Source of the DNA: an uncultured Pseudomonadales bacterium
Lineage (GTDB): Bacteria; Pseudomonadota; Gammaproteobacteria; Pseudomonadales; Cellvibrionaceae
Assembly (NCBI GenBank): GCA_947487765.1
Contig: CANKXO010000007.1
Location: 22,180-86,179, forward strand
Length of the DNA: 64,000 bases
Direction of reading: 5' to 3'
In this document: positions 52,569-62,963 of the stretch, in pieces
Numbering within the stretch: the first letter of the stretch is position 1
Layout of the letters: each line of letters opens with the position of its first letter
The notes under the pieces: generated by a model
The model's database searches: none
Told to the model about the DNA's origin: nothing
What the model saw: the letters and a program-made list of their open reading frames with translations, nothing else
Program-made: the position numbers and the translations under genes

Positions 52569-53939
52569 ATGATGACTGGTTTACTTTCGTTTGAAGAATT
52601 AAAACAACAGGTTAAACAAGGCGCTATCGATACTGTTATTGTCGCTTGCCCAGATATGCAAGGAAGGCTTATGGGTAAGCGTATGCAAGCGGAGTTTTTT
52701 GTTGAGACTGCATGGGAAGAAACGCATTGCTGTAATTATTTGCTCGCAACGGATTTAGAAATGAATACAGTAGATGGATATGTTTCCACAAGCTGGTCTG
52801 CTGGTTATGGCGATTATGTGATGCGCCCAGATATGGGGACGTTACGTAGGCTGCCATGGCTAGAGGGAACGGCAATGGTTCTGTGTGATTTTCTGGATCA
52901 TCATGACCATTCTTTTATTCCTCATTCCCCGAGAGCTATCTTAAAGCGCCAAGTTGAGCGGCTTGAAAAGTTAGGCTTTCGATCTGCTGTGGCGACTGAA
53001 TTGGAGTTTTTTGTTTTTGACGAAACCTATAGCCAAATGCGACATGGCAATTATCAAAAAATGACAACGATCAGCCCTTATAATGAGGACTACCACATCT
53101 TTCAGACAACCAGAGAAGAAGGATTAATGCGGCAGATTCGTAATGGGCTGCAGGGAGCGGGTATTCAAGTAGAAAATACTAAAGGCGAAGCGGCTGCCGG
53201 GCAGGCTGAAGTTAATGTGCGTTATAGCGATGCGATTAATATGGCCGACTCACACAGTATTATAAAAAATGCGGTGAAGGAAATCGCCTTCTTAAATGAT
53301 AAATCAGTAACTTTTCTAGCCAAGTGGAGCCATAACACGGCAGGTTCGTCGAGCCATATTCACCAATCTTTAGTATCTCTAAAGGGGGATTCCGTTTTTC
53401 AAGATAGCAATGGTCAGTATGGTATGTCCGATACTATGAAGCATTATTTAGCGGGGTTATTAAAATATGCTGATGACAATACATATTTTCTAGCACCTTA
53501 TGTTAATTCCTATAAGCGATTTTCAGAGAGTACATTTGCGCCAACAAAAGCAATCTGGTCGCTCGATAATCGAACGGCAGGATTTCGTATTGTAGGGGAA
53601 GGTACATCCGCTGTGCGTATTGAGTGTCGTATTGGGGGTAGTGACCTTAACCCTTATCTGGCAATTGCTGCACAACTGGCAGCTGGTATTGCGGGTATAG
53701 AACAAAAGCTCGAATTAGAAGATGAATTTGTCGGTGATGCTTATCAATCTGAACAGGCTCGCAGTATTCCTATTAATTTAGTAGCGGCAACCAAGGCATT
53801 AAAATCGTCATCGATGTTACGTGATGCGTTTGGCTCTGAAGTAATTGATCATTATGTTAATGCTGCAGAGTGGGAGCAAAAAAGCTTTGAGCAAGTGGTT
53901 ACTGACTATGAAGTGAAGCATGGGTTTGATCAGGCATAA
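52569..53939 (+). CDS. Glutamine synthetase family protein (gamma-glutamyl-amine synthetase-like, PuuA type)
   Basis: 456 aa. The GS catalytic-domain character is present (...EVNVRYSDAINMAD..., ...NSYKRF..., ...RIECRIGGSDLNPYL...). The context of ALDH, ADH and an amidohydrolase fits. Confidence 0.8.
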   Translation: MMTGLLSFEELKQQVKQGAIDTVIVACPDMQGRLMGKRMQAEFFVETAWEETHCCNYLLATDLEMNTVDGYVSTSWSAGYGDYVMRPDMGTLRRLPWLEGTAMVLCDFLDHHDHSFIPHSPRAILKRQVERLEKLGFRSAVATELEFFVFDETYSQMRHGNYQKMTTISPYNEDYHIFQTTREEGLMRQIRNGLQGAGIQVENTKGEAAAGQAEVNVRYSDAINMADSHSIIKNAVKEIAFLNDKSVTFLAKWSHNTAGSSSHIHQSLVSLKGDSVFQDSNGQYGMSDTMKHYLAGLLKYADDNTYFLAPYVNSYKRFSESTFAPTKAIWSLDNRTAGFRIVGEGTSAVRIECRIGGSDLNPYLAIAAQLAAGIAGIEQKLELEDEFVGDAYQSEQARSIPINLVAATKALKSSSMLRDAFGSEVIDHYVNAAEWEQKSFEQVVTDYEVKHGFDQA

Positions 53940-54022
53940 GCTTGAGAGGCCGTTTAGCTGCCAAATTAATTGTTATGATGAAATATGTGAATAAAAGAGA
54001 AATAAAGGCATGAAAGAGAGTA

Positions 54023-54907
54023 ATGAAAGATAAATCAATTTCTGATAACGATAGTGTTTTCAATGCACTCAAACAAGTTTCTGATTCCTTAACTCGTTCA
54101 GAACGAAAAGTAGCGAATGCTATTTTAGAAAACTACCCAATATCAGGTTTGGGATCCATTACCCAGATCGCAGATAAGTCTGGAGTGTCTTCGCCAACGA
54201 TTGTGCGATTGGTAAAAAAAATTGGTTTCAATGGTTTTTCAGAATTTCAGAATTCACTACGAAATGAATTAGAAGCTAAAGGTACAGGGCCTATAGCAAA
54301 GCACGATGTGTGGGCGCAAAAAGCACCAGAAAGTCATATTTTAAATCGCTTTACCGAAGTGGTTATTGACAATATTCATAAATCATTAAGGCAAATAGAA
54401 ACAGAAAGTTTTGATGCCAGTTGTAAGCTGTTATCTGATACGAATCATTCTTTATATATTATTGGTGGTCGAATTACCCGTTCTTTAGCGGATTATCTCT
54501 ATCTGCATATGCAGGTTATTCGTAAAGGGGTAACTCATATCAGGCCGATTTCTAATTCCTGGCCACATTATATGCTCGATATTGATGAGGGCGATGTGGT
54601 TGTTATTTTTGATATTCGCCGTTATGAGAATAGTACCTTGAGGCTTGCTGAAATTGCTCATGAAAGAGGCGCAAATATTATTCTTTTTACTGATCAATGG
54701 CGCTCGCCGGTAGAAAAATATTGTCACTATTGTTTTAGTGCAAAAACGGAAGTGCCATCAGCGTGGGACTCAACGGTAGAAATAATGTTGTTGATAGAAA
54801 TATTTGTTGCCGCTGTTCAAGAACTTATCTGGCCAGAGACACGTAGACGGATGGAAGATCTTGAAGATCTATTTGATCGTACACGTTTTTTTCAAAAGTT
54901 CAGTTAG
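54023..54907 (+). CDS. MurR/RpiR family transcriptional regulator
   Basis: An N-terminal HTH_6 (LTRSERKVANAILENYP...SITQIADKSGVSSPTIVRLVKKIGFNGFSEF) is followed by a SIS domain. Confidence 0.88.
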   Translation: MKDKSISDNDSVFNALKQVSDSLTRSERKVANAILENYPISGLGSITQIADKSGVSSPTIVRLVKKIGFNGFSEFQNSLRNELEAKGTGPIAKHDVWAQKAPESHILNRFTEVVIDNIHKSLRQIETESFDASCKLLSDTNHSLYIIGGRITRSLADYLYLHMQVIRKGVTHIRPISNSWPHYMLDIDEGDVVVIFDIRRYENSTLRLAEIAHERGANIILFTDQWRSPVEKYCHYCFSAKTEVPSAWDSTVEIMLLIEIFVAAVQELIWPETRRRMEDLEDLFDRTRFFQKFS

Positions 54908-54922
54908 TTTTAGTGAGTTGTT

Positions 54923-56332
54923 TTGCATTATGGAAAATTATTAATTATGACAATTATTCAATGTATATCACCGGTCGATAATAGTCTCTATGTAGAACGT
55001 CAAACAGCTAGCGCTGAAGAGATTGAAAAAGTTCTAGATGCTGCTGTTCTGGCGCAAAAAAAATGGAAAAATATGCCCATTAAGGAGCGTCAAGCTCTAT
55101 GCAATAAAGCTGTCGATGCTTTTGTGAGTATGAAAGAGGATATTTCTGAAGAATTAACATGGCAAATGGGGCGGCCTATCTCTCAAGCAGCAGGTGAAGT
55201 CAGCGGCTTTGAAGAGCGGGCTCGTTATATGATTGATATCGCAGAGGATTCGCTTGCTGATATCAGACCTTCCGAAAAAGAAGGCTTCAATCGTTATATT
55301 AAGCGCGAGGCATTGGGCGTTGCTTTTATCATTGCGCCTTGGAATTTCCCTTATTTAACATCGGTAAATGCCATTATACCTGCATTGTTAGCGGGTAATA
55401 CTGTGATACTTAAACATTCGGCACAAACTCCATTATGTGCAGAACGGTTAGAGCAAGCCTTTGTGACCGCAGGGTTTCCCCTAGGTGTTTTTCAATATTT
55501 ACATTTAAGCCATGTTGATACTGAAGCTGTTATTCAGTCTCCTAAAATAAATTTTGTTGCGTTTACCGGATCGGTTCCTGGGGGGAAAATGGTTGAACGC
55601 GCAGCAGTTGGTCGTTTTATTGGTGTTGGTCTTGAATTAGGCGGGAAAGACCCTGCTTATGTAAGAAAGGATGCTGATCTGCAATATGCGATAGAAACAA
55701 TTACGGATGGAGCAATATTTAATACGGGGCAATCTTGCTGTGGTATCGAACGTGTTTACGTTGATCAATCAATTTATCAGGTATTTGTTGATGGCGTCGT
55801 TTCTCTGGTTAAGCAGTACAAATTTGGCAGGCCGGAAAATCCATCGACTAACCTTGGACCGATGGTCAAAGCGAGTTCAGCTGAATTTGTACGTAGTCAA
55901 ATAGATGAAGCAATTGTAGCCGGTGCAAAATCGTTGGTTGATGCAAACAGTTTTGATGCGGATCAGCTTGGTTTGCAATATCTTGCTCCTCACGTGTTGA
56001 TTGATGTTGATCACTCTATGCGTATTATGAATGAAGAGACCTTTGGCCCAGTGATTGCCATTATGTCTGTTAGTAGTGATGATGAAGCTATTCGTTTAAT
56101 GAATGATAGTGAGTTTGGTCTAACTGCTGCCGTGTTTACACAAGATGAGCAAGCGGCTATTGAGATTGGTAATCAAATTGAAACAGGTACGTTGTTTATG
56201 AATCGTTGTGATTACCTTGACCCTGCTTTGGCATGGACCGGCGTTAAAAATTCGGGGCGCGGTTGTACACTATCGTCAGTTGGCTTTGAAAGTATGACAA
56301 GACCTAAGTCATATCACTTGAAGAGAGTATGA
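54923..56332 (+). CDS. Aldehyde dehydrogenase family protein
   Basis: The motifs ELGGKDPAYV and GQSCCGIERVYV are present. The true start is probably the internal Met at 54947 (MTIIQC...). Confidence 0.88.
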   Translation: MHYGKLLIMTIIQCISPVDNSLYVERQTASAEEIEKVLDAAVLAQKKWKNMPIKERQALCNKAVDAFVSMKEDISEELTWQMGRPISQAAGEVSGFEERARYMIDIAEDSLADIRPSEKEGFNRYIKREALGVAFIIAPWNFPYLTSVNAIIPALLAGNTVILKHSAQTPLCAERLEQAFVTAGFPLGVFQYLHLSHVDTEAVIQSPKINFVAFTGSVPGGKMVERAAVGRFIGVGLELGGKDPAYVRKDADLQYAIETITDGAIFNTGQSCCGIERVYVDQSIYQVFVDGVVSLVKQYKFGRPENPSTNLGPMVKASSAEFVRSQIDEAIVAGAKSLVDANSFDADQLGLQYLAPHVLIDVDHSMRIMNEETFGPVIAIMSVSSDDEAIRLMNDSEFGLTAAVFTQDEQAAIEIGNQIETGTLFMNRCDYLDPALAWTGVKNSGRGCTLSSVGFESMTRPKSYHLKRV

Positions 56333-56335
56333 AAA

Positions 56336-57487
56336 ATGAATGCAAATTGGAATTACCCAACGAACGTTCGTGCCGGCGCTGGCAGAATTAATGAATTAGT
56401 CAATATTTGTCAGGAGCTAAACATACAAGCCCCTCTGTTTGTGACAGACCCTGGCCTGGCTATAATGCCAATGGTGATGAATATTATTCGTGACTGCGAA
56501 GAAGCTAATTTAGCGATTGGAATGTTCAGTGATATTAAACCAAACCCAACGGGGCAAAATATTAATGATGGCATTGCTGCTTATCGTGCAGGAAAGCATG
56601 ATGGTGTTATTGCATTTGGGGGTGGTAGCGGAATAGATGCGGGTAAAGCGATTGCGGTTGTTGTTAATCAAACGTGTTCAGTTTGGGATTTAGAGGATAT
56701 TGGTGATAATTGGTTGAATGCAGACCCGGATAGAATCCCACCGATTATTGGTATTCCAACCACAGCAGGAACCGGTTCAGAAGTTGGGCGAGCATCGCTT
56801 ATCATTAATGAAGATGAGCGCAAAAAAGCAATTATTTTTCATCCCAAAATGTTGCCCACTTGCGTTATTTTAGATCCAGAGTTAACCATTGGTTTGCCTC
56901 CTGTTTTGACAGCGGCAACAGGAATGGATGCTCTCTCTCATAATTTAGAAGCCTACTGCTCGCCAAGTTATCACCCGATGGCTAAAGGCATTGCGATTGA
57001 AGGTATTCGTCTGGTGAAAGACTATTTGCCCACCGCTGTTGCAGATGGTGTAAATATTGATGCACGGACACAAATGATTGTTGCGTCATCAATGGGTGCG
57101 ACTGCTTTTCAGAGAGGGTTGGGTGGAATGCATGCGCTTGCTCATCCCTTAGGTGCTATATACGATGCTCACCATGGCATGTTGAATGCTATTTTGATGC
57201 CTTATGTATTAAAAGCAAATTATAAAGCAATTGATTCAGACATTGCTAAACTAGCACAGTATCTTGATCTTGATGCAACTTTTGATGCCTTTCTTGAATG
57301 GATTTTATCGATAAGGCAAGAGATAAAAATTCCCCATGCGCTGTCTGCAATTATTCCTGAGGACTCTCGCCTTGCTGAAATTGGTGAAATGGCTGTGCTC
57401 GATCCTTCCGCTGGCACCAACCCGATTGCGCACGATGTCGCTACGTATACCCGCATTGCTCAAAATGCTTATAATGGAAGCTTGTAG
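56336..57487 (+). CDS. Iron-containing alcohol dehydrogenase
   Basis: The GGGSGIDAGKA motif and His-rich metal site (...HALAHPLGAIYDAHHG...) are present. 383 aa. Confidence 0.9.
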   Translation: MNANWNYPTNVRAGAGRINELVNICQELNIQAPLFVTDPGLAIMPMVMNIIRDCEEANLAIGMFSDIKPNPTGQNINDGIAAYRAGKHDGVIAFGGGSGIDAGKAIAVVVNQTCSVWDLEDIGDNWLNADPDRIPPIIGIPTTAGTGSEVGRASLIINEDERKKAIIFHPKMLPTCVILDPELTIGLPPVLTAATGMDALSHNLEAYCSPSYHPMAKGIAIEGIRLVKDYLPTAVADGVNIDARTQMIVASSMGATAFQRGLGGMHALAHPLGAIYDAHHGMLNAILMPYVLKANYKAIDSDIAKLAQYLDLDATFDAFLEWILSIRQEIKIPHALSAIIPEDSRLAEIGEMAVLDPSAGTNPIAHDVATYTRIAQNAYNGSL

Positions 57488-57509
57488 AATAATTTAACGG
57501 CTCCAGCTA

Positions 57510-57998
57510 ATGACTCCAGTATTTGTGTACGGAACCTTGAAACAAGGGTTCCCTAATTTTCATGTTAATAAAGGCACGCGGGTTGCCGGTATTTTCTATA
57601 CTAAAAATTGTTACCTGTTTTATTTGGTTGGTGAGCGTCATACACCGTGGTTAATCTTTGATGAAAATAAAGGTTATCAGGTGAGGGGGCAGCTATATAT
57701 GGTTGATGATGAGACGTTGGCTGGTATGGATATCTTGGAAGGGATTGGTCAACCTGATGGTTATCAAAAGATACAGATTCCTATCATCCCTGAAAAAAAC
57801 AGTTCAAAAGAAAAAATTTCACAAAAAAGCGTTTTGAACAACGGTGTTGTAGCTGAGACAAAGAGCGAAATTTTTGCAACGGTGTATGTGAAATCAATAG
57901 AGCAATTAAAAAATGCGGATATTCAGCTAGGGCCACTTAAAGAATATGAAGTTAAGCATACATTGCTCTATAAGCCTCGTAGTACCTTAGTTGGATGA
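57510..57998 (+). CDS. Gamma-glutamylcyclotransferase (AIG2/GGACT-like) family protein
   Basis: The N-terminus VFVYGTLKQGFPN and ...YMVDDETLAGMDILEG... are typical of the GGCT fold. Confidence 0.75.
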   Translation: MTPVFVYGTLKQGFPNFHVNKGTRVAGIFYTKNCYLFYLVGERHTPWLIFDENKGYQVRGQLYMVDDETLAGMDILEGIGQPDGYQKIQIPIIPEKNSSKEKISQKSVLNNGVVAETKSEIFATVYVKSIEQLKNADIQLGPLKEYEVKHTLLYKPRSTLVG

Positions 57999-58883
57999 GT
58001 TGTCTAAGGCGTTAAAAATTTCTAAAACGGCAGGGTGCTTCAATCGCCTTTCTGGTGAAATAGCGTAATAATTATCTTTTATTGTTTCGGTATTTCCGAT
58101 GGCGATAACATTGTATTGGCTAACAATGTTTTTTTCGATAATCGTTGGGCCTATAAAGATCCCATAACCTGCTTGTGCAAAGGATTTGAGCATGGCACTG
58201 TCATCAAACTCGGCAACAATCTGCGGTATAATATTGTGCTGCTCAAACCATGCCAGCAAACTTTGCCGAATAACAGAACGTTTCCCTTGTAGTAAAAAGG
58301 GTTGACCTGATAAGCTTTCGGGGAAATTTTTTTTACATGATTTAGCTAATGACGGCGGAGCAAAAAAGGTAAATCCACTCTCTGTGAGGTTGTGATTATA
58401 GGCTTTAACTTGGCTGCTCGGAGGAAGTGGTTGATCTGAGATAATCATATCTAGTTTGTCGATGGCAAGGTCGGCTAACAAACTCTCTTGTTCGCCTTCG
58501 TGGCAAATTAACTTAATTGGGCCTGCCATCGCCAGAACAGGTTGTAATAATTGGCAGGTTAAAATTTTAGGAATAACATCAGTGATGCCAACATGAAATT
58601 TTTGCCATGTCGAGTGTTGCTGTGTTTTGAGTACATTTTTTAGTTCATCTCCTAGTTGAAATATCTCGTCCGCATATTCGTAAATTAATCGCCCCATTTC
58701 TGATAAGTACAATCGCTTACCTTTTCGCTCAAATAACTCTGAACCTATTTGTGTTTCAAAACTACTGATTTGGCCGCTAATGGTTTGTGGTGTCAAATGC
58801 AGTCGATCGCTTGCCTTGCTAATACTGCCATCTTTGGCGACAGCATAAAAATAATATAAGTGGTTGTAATTAAGCTTTGACAT
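57987..58883 (-). CDS. LysR family transcriptional regulator, NhaR-like
   Basis: The N-terminus LNYNHLYYFYAVAKDGSISKASDRLHLTPQTISGQISSFE closely resembles the NhaR N-terminus. Confidence 0.8.
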   Translation of the reverse strand: MSKLNYNHLYYFYAVAKDGSISKASDRLHLTPQTISGQISSFETQIGSELFERKGKRLYLSEMGRLIYEYADEIFQLGDELKNVLKTQQHSTWQKFHVGITDVIPKILTCQLLQPVLAMAGPIKLICHEGEQESLLADLAIDKLDMIISDQPLPPSSQVKAYNHNLTESGFTFFAPPSLAKSCKKNFPESLSGQPFLLQGKRSVIRQSLLAWFEQHNIIPQIVAEFDDSAMLKSFAQAGYGIFIGPTIIEKNIVSQYNVIAIGNTETIKDNYYAISPERRLKHPAVLEIFNALDNSSN

Positions 58884-59049
58884 AGCATTTTCTCAGTTAT
58901 TCGATTTTTTCGATGTATAAGGCAATATTATTCGAATTTACTTGATTTATGCAAATGGTATATAAAGGTGATCGTAAATAAAAGTGAGCTCCAACCAATA
59001 GTCGTTTCATCACATTCTAAGCATGAACTTAACTAGAGAGGTCAATATT

Positions 59050-59544
59050 ATGCAGATAGCTATTTATTCAAACGATTTTGCCATTACAGAGGGTATTAGA
59101 GAGCATATTAACCGTAAATTACGTTTTGCTCTGGCGCGAGTGAGGTCTCATATTAAATCAGTCTCTATAAGGCTGGGCGATATTAATGGCCCTAAAGGCG
59201 GAAGAGATAAGCGCTGCCTCCTAACGGTATCTATCAGTAATACTCAGGAATTAGTGATTTATGATGTTCAAGTCGATATGTACCACGCCATCGATAATGC
59301 GCTAAGTCGATTAAGCCGCGTCGCGGTGAGAAAAATCGATCGTCTACAAAAACGAAAAAGGCAAGCAATGAAAATGATTCGATCAAGAGAACCTCAAGAA
59401 GATGATATGCAGCTCAATCATAACGATATTGAACCCTATTACTATGACCGGCTACAGGGGGAAGAAGGCTTGCTGCAGCATGACAGCTATGGGCAGGCTC
59501 TAGAGGAAATGGATCAAGTCACTGATAAAAAAACGCAACAATAA
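59050..59544 (+). CDS. HPF/RaiA-family ribosome-associated protein with acidic C-terminal extension
   Basis: The start was chosen at MQIAIYSNDFAITEGIREHINRKL (RBS AGAGAGG). An S30AE-type fold signature is followed by a Q/E/D-rich tail. Confidence 0.7.
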   Translation: MQIAIYSNDFAITEGIREHINRKLRFALARVRSHIKSVSIRLGDINGPKGGRDKRCLLTVSISNTQELVIYDVQVDMYHAIDNALSRLSRVAVRKIDRLQKRKRQAMKMIRSREPQEDDMQLNHNDIEPYYYDRLQGEEGLLQHDSYGQALEEMDQVTDKKTQQ

Positions 59545-59580
59545 ACGAAAGTTTATATAAATACTGTAGAGAGGTTTACT

Positions 59581-60267
59581 ATGTTGAATTCTAATTCTCA
59601 TCAAGAGACTCAGATAAAAAGTGCTGTTTATGATGTTTCTTATGAGCCCGCATCGAAAGTGTTGCGTAATACCTACGCTTTGTTATCGATGACATTGTTG
59701 TTTAGTGCTGTTGTGGCAGGCATCACGGCTTCACTTAACTTACCGCATCCAGGCTTGATTATTACTTTAGTTGGGTATTTCGGATTGCTGTTTTTAACCA
59801 CTAAATTCCGCAATAGCGCAAAAGGCATACTCTGTATTTTTGCTCTAACAGGTTTTATGGGGTACACCATCGGCCCTATTGTTAATGCTTATCTCAGTAT
59901 GAGTCATGGTCCACAGTTAGTGATGATGGCAATGGCATCAACTGGGCTCATCTTCTTGTCTCTCTCAGCCTATGCTCTCATGAGTAAAAAAGATTTCAGT
60001 TTTATGGGGTCTTTTTTAATGGTCGGTATTTTAGTTGCTTTCCTTTTGGGGCTGGGCGCATTGCTTTTTGATGTATCTGGGTTGTCTCTAGCTGTTTCGG
60101 CAATGTTTGTGTTATTGATGAGTGGGCTTATCCTGTACCAGACTAGCCAAATTATTCATGGTGGCGAGACGAATTACATCATGGCGACGACCACATTATT
60201 TGTCTCTATCTTTAATCTGTTTACCAGTCTTCTGCACTTGCTTGGTTTTATGGGGAGTAGCGAATAG
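59581..60267 (+). CDS. Bax inhibitor-1/YccA family membrane protein
   Basis: 228 aa with 7 hydrophobic segments. The ...NTYALLSMTLLFSA... start is typical of the family. Confidence 0.85.
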   Translation: MLNSNSHQETQIKSAVYDVSYEPASKVLRNTYALLSMTLLFSAVVAGITASLNLPHPGLIITLVGYFGLLFLTTKFRNSAKGILCIFALTGFMGYTIGPIVNAYLSMSHGPQLVMMAMASTGLIFLSLSAYALMSKKDFSFMGSFLMVGILVAFLLGLGALLFDVSGLSLAVSAMFVLLMSGLILYQTSQIIHGGETNYIMATTTLFVSIFNLFTSLLHLLGFMGSSE

Positions 60268-60369
60268 AAAGCATTAAATGATACCCTTTTGCCCATGTCA
60301 GATCCCTCTCGTCCTGACATGGGCTTTTTTACGCCTGAAAATTCATTATAGAAGTAGATAAAAGCAAAT

Positions 60370-61305
60370 ATGGATCCCATTATATTATTCTTCTTGTTCG
60401 GCATTCTTGCCGGAGTTGCCCGCTCTCCGCTACGTCTACCAAGCCAAGTGTACGACTTTATCACTCTAGTTTTATTAATATCTATTGGGTTAAAAGGCGG
60501 TGTAGAGCTTTCTAAGTTATCCTTTTCAGCTCTTCTTCCACAAATAACAACTGTCTTGTTAATGGGGTTTATCTTACCTCTAGTCGCTTTTCCCATCTTA
60601 TTTTCAATGGGGCGATTTAAGCGGGCAGATGCTGCATCAATTGCGGCGCATTATGGCTCTGTCAGTGTCGGTACTTTCGCCGTGGCGGTTGCGTATATGA
60701 GTTCCCAAGCAATACCTTTTGAGGAACATGTTGCATTATTTGTCGTCTTGCTTGAAATCCCCGCCATTCTTGTTGGTATTGTGTTAGCAAAAGGCTTAAA
60801 TAGTGAGACACATTGGGGAAAGATTGCCCACGAAGTTTTTTTGGGCAAAGGTGTTATTCTATTAGTTGGCGGGCTTATCATTGGTTGGATTGCCGGTCCT
60901 CAAGGTGTTGCTTCGATAGAACCTCTATTCTTTGATTTATTTAAAGGAATTCTGGCGCTATTTTTATTGGAGATGGGGCTGATAACTTCTAGCCATCTTA
61001 GTAGCTTAAAAAAGCATGGAGTATTTTTGGTGTGTTTTGGAATAATCATGCCAGTGGCTTCTTCAGTTGTTGGTGCCTTAGCTGGTGTGTTCCTCAATCT
61101 GTCGATAGGTGGCACGGCAATTCTAGCGACACTTGCCGCAAGTGCGTCTTATATCGCCGTGCCTGCGGCTATGCGCATTTCTGTTCCTGAAGCGAATCCT
61201 ACGCTGTCGTTAACCGCATCTTTAGGTATTACTTTTCCGTTTAATATCGTATTTGGCATACCGCTCTATTATTATTTGAGTGGATATCTTCATACTATCA
61301 TTTGA
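60370..61305 (+). CDS. Sodium-dependent bicarbonate transporter family permease (SbtA-like)
   Basis: 311-aa polytopic membrane protein starting MDPIILFFLFGILAGVARSPLRLP... It is followed by a small PII-like gene, as in SbtA/SbtB pairs. Confidence 0.7.
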   Translation: MDPIILFFLFGILAGVARSPLRLPSQVYDFITLVLLISIGLKGGVELSKLSFSALLPQITTVLLMGFILPLVAFPILFSMGRFKRADAASIAAHYGSVSVGTFAVAVAYMSSQAIPFEEHVALFVVLLEIPAILVGIVLAKGLNSETHWGKIAHEVFLGKGVILLVGGLIIGWIAGPQGVASIEPLFFDLFKGILALFLLEMGLITSSHLSSLKKHGVFLVCFGIIMPVASSVVGALAGVFLNLSIGGTAILATLAASASYIAVPAAMRISVPEANPTLSLTASLGITFPFNIVFGIPLYYYLSGYLHTII

Positions 61306-61342
61306 TCGCCATCGATAGCTTAATTTAGGAGGCAACTGTTCA

Positions 61343-61660
61343 ATGAATACGCTTAATCCACAATCATCCGATCATCAGTTACTCACGATTATTACGGAGG
61401 CTGTATTAGAAAGTACGCTTGTTGAAGAAATAGAGAAGCTGGGTGCGAATGGCTATACCATTATGGATGTGCGAGGCAAAGGCCATAAAGGCGTGCGCAA
61501 TGCTGGATGGGATGCCAATGCCAATATTCGTATTGAAGTCATTTGCGGTAGTGACGTTGCTGAGTCCATTTCTGTTTATTTAAAAGAAAAGTACTATAAC
61601 GATTATGCGATGGTCATTTTCACTGTTGATGTGAACGTTATGCGGCCCGAAAAATTCTAA
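61343..61660 (+). CDS. PII-like signalling protein (SbtB-like)
   Basis: 105 aa. The ferredoxin-like PII pattern ...LLTIITEAVLESTLVEEIEKLGANGYTIMDVRGKGHKG... is present. Confidence 0.7.
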   Translation: MNTLNPQSSDHQLLTIITEAVLESTLVEEIEKLGANGYTIMDVRGKGHKGVRNAGWDANANIRIEVICGSDVAESISVYLKEKYYNDYAMVIFTVDVNVMRPEKF

Positions 61661-61717
61661 GGTATACTTTTCTCCTCTATATCTTCATCTTAAATCACAT
61701 ACACCTAAACGGATCTA

Positions 61718-62563
61718 ATGAAAAAAACAATACTAGTCACCGGTTGTTCCAGCGGCATAGGCAAATGTGTCGCCTATGGTTTACGTGATAAAGGGTATGT
61801 TGTCTATCCTACCGCGAGAAGGGCAGACGATGTACAGCAACTAATTGACGATGGTTTTGACGCAATTCAACTGGATTATGCCGATAGCGAGAGTGTCCAA
61901 AGTGCTTTTGCATCATTAATGCAAAAAACAAACAACGAGCTATATGCTGTGTTTCATAACGGCGCTTATGGGCAGCCAGGTGCAGTAGAAGATCTCACAA
62001 GAGAAACCTTAGAAAAACAATTCTCTACCAATGTGTTTGGTTGGCATCAGCTAAATAATTTACTCTTGCCCATTATGAGAAAACAAAGCTATGGGCGAAT
62101 ACTGATAAACAGTTCTGTGCTGGGTATTATTGCGTTTCCTATGCGTGGTGCATACAACGCCTCTAAATTTGCCTTGGAGGGTTTGTTTGACACATTGCGT
62201 TTGGAGTTGAAAAACACGGGTATTTTTATTTCCTTAATTGAACCAGGTCCCATAACCAGTGATTTTAGAAAAAATGCTAAAAAGGCATTTGAAAACAATG
62301 TGTATACTAATAAGGCTGTAATGGAAAAAAGCGCTCATAAAAATCATTATCAGCAAGTGTTAGAGCGACTCAATAAAGAAGGTCATGTTGACCCTTTTAC
62401 CTTACCGCCCGAAGCTGTACTCAAAAGAGTCGAACATGCTCTTACTAGTTCGAGGCCAAGTATTCGGTATCCTGTGACTTTCCCTACTTATTTTTTAGGT
62501 TTTTTAAAAAGAATCTTGCCTCATCGTTGTTTGGATTGGGTACTGTTAAAAGCCTCTAAGTAA
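61718..62563 (+). CDS. Short-chain dehydrogenase/reductase (SDR)
   Basis: The cofactor motif TGCSSGIGK and catalytic motif YNASKFAL are present. Confidence 0.9.
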   Translation: MKKTILVTGCSSGIGKCVAYGLRDKGYVVYPTARRADDVQQLIDDGFDAIQLDYADSESVQSAFASLMQKTNNELYAVFHNGAYGQPGAVEDLTRETLEKQFSTNVFGWHQLNNLLLPIMRKQSYGRILINSSVLGIIAFPMRGAYNASKFALEGLFDTLRLELKNTGIFISLIEPGPITSDFRKNAKKAFENNVYTNKAVMEKSAHKNHYQQVLERLNKEGHVDPFTLPPEAVLKRVEHALTSSRPSIRYPVTFPTYFLGFLKRILPHRCLDWVLLKASK

Positions 62564-62963
62564 AATACCTAATAAAAAGCATAAGCGAATATAACGGATA
62601 GTTAATAAAACGGCTGTTGTGTTGTGCTCTATTGGTTTATCGCCTGTAAATGTTTGCCTATAACTATTTTTATAGGTGAATCCTTCTAGAAATTCCAAAT
62701 TGCTATTCCCTTGGTTATATCAAAGAACGTGCTCGTTGAGATGCTGTTTGGGGAGGTATAGACTACTCGCATATCAGATTGAATACGCGAAAGTGCCCAA
62801 CAAATTTTCTTTGTGTGTCAGGTTGCCAGAAAAATAATAGTACCTGACAGCACTCAATAACTTTGTTTGTATTCGTTGTTTGGTTAATGTCTATTCTATT
62901 AATAGTTTATAAAACATATTTATAACAATAGTAACGCTACATAAAATATTTAAGGAGTGAACG

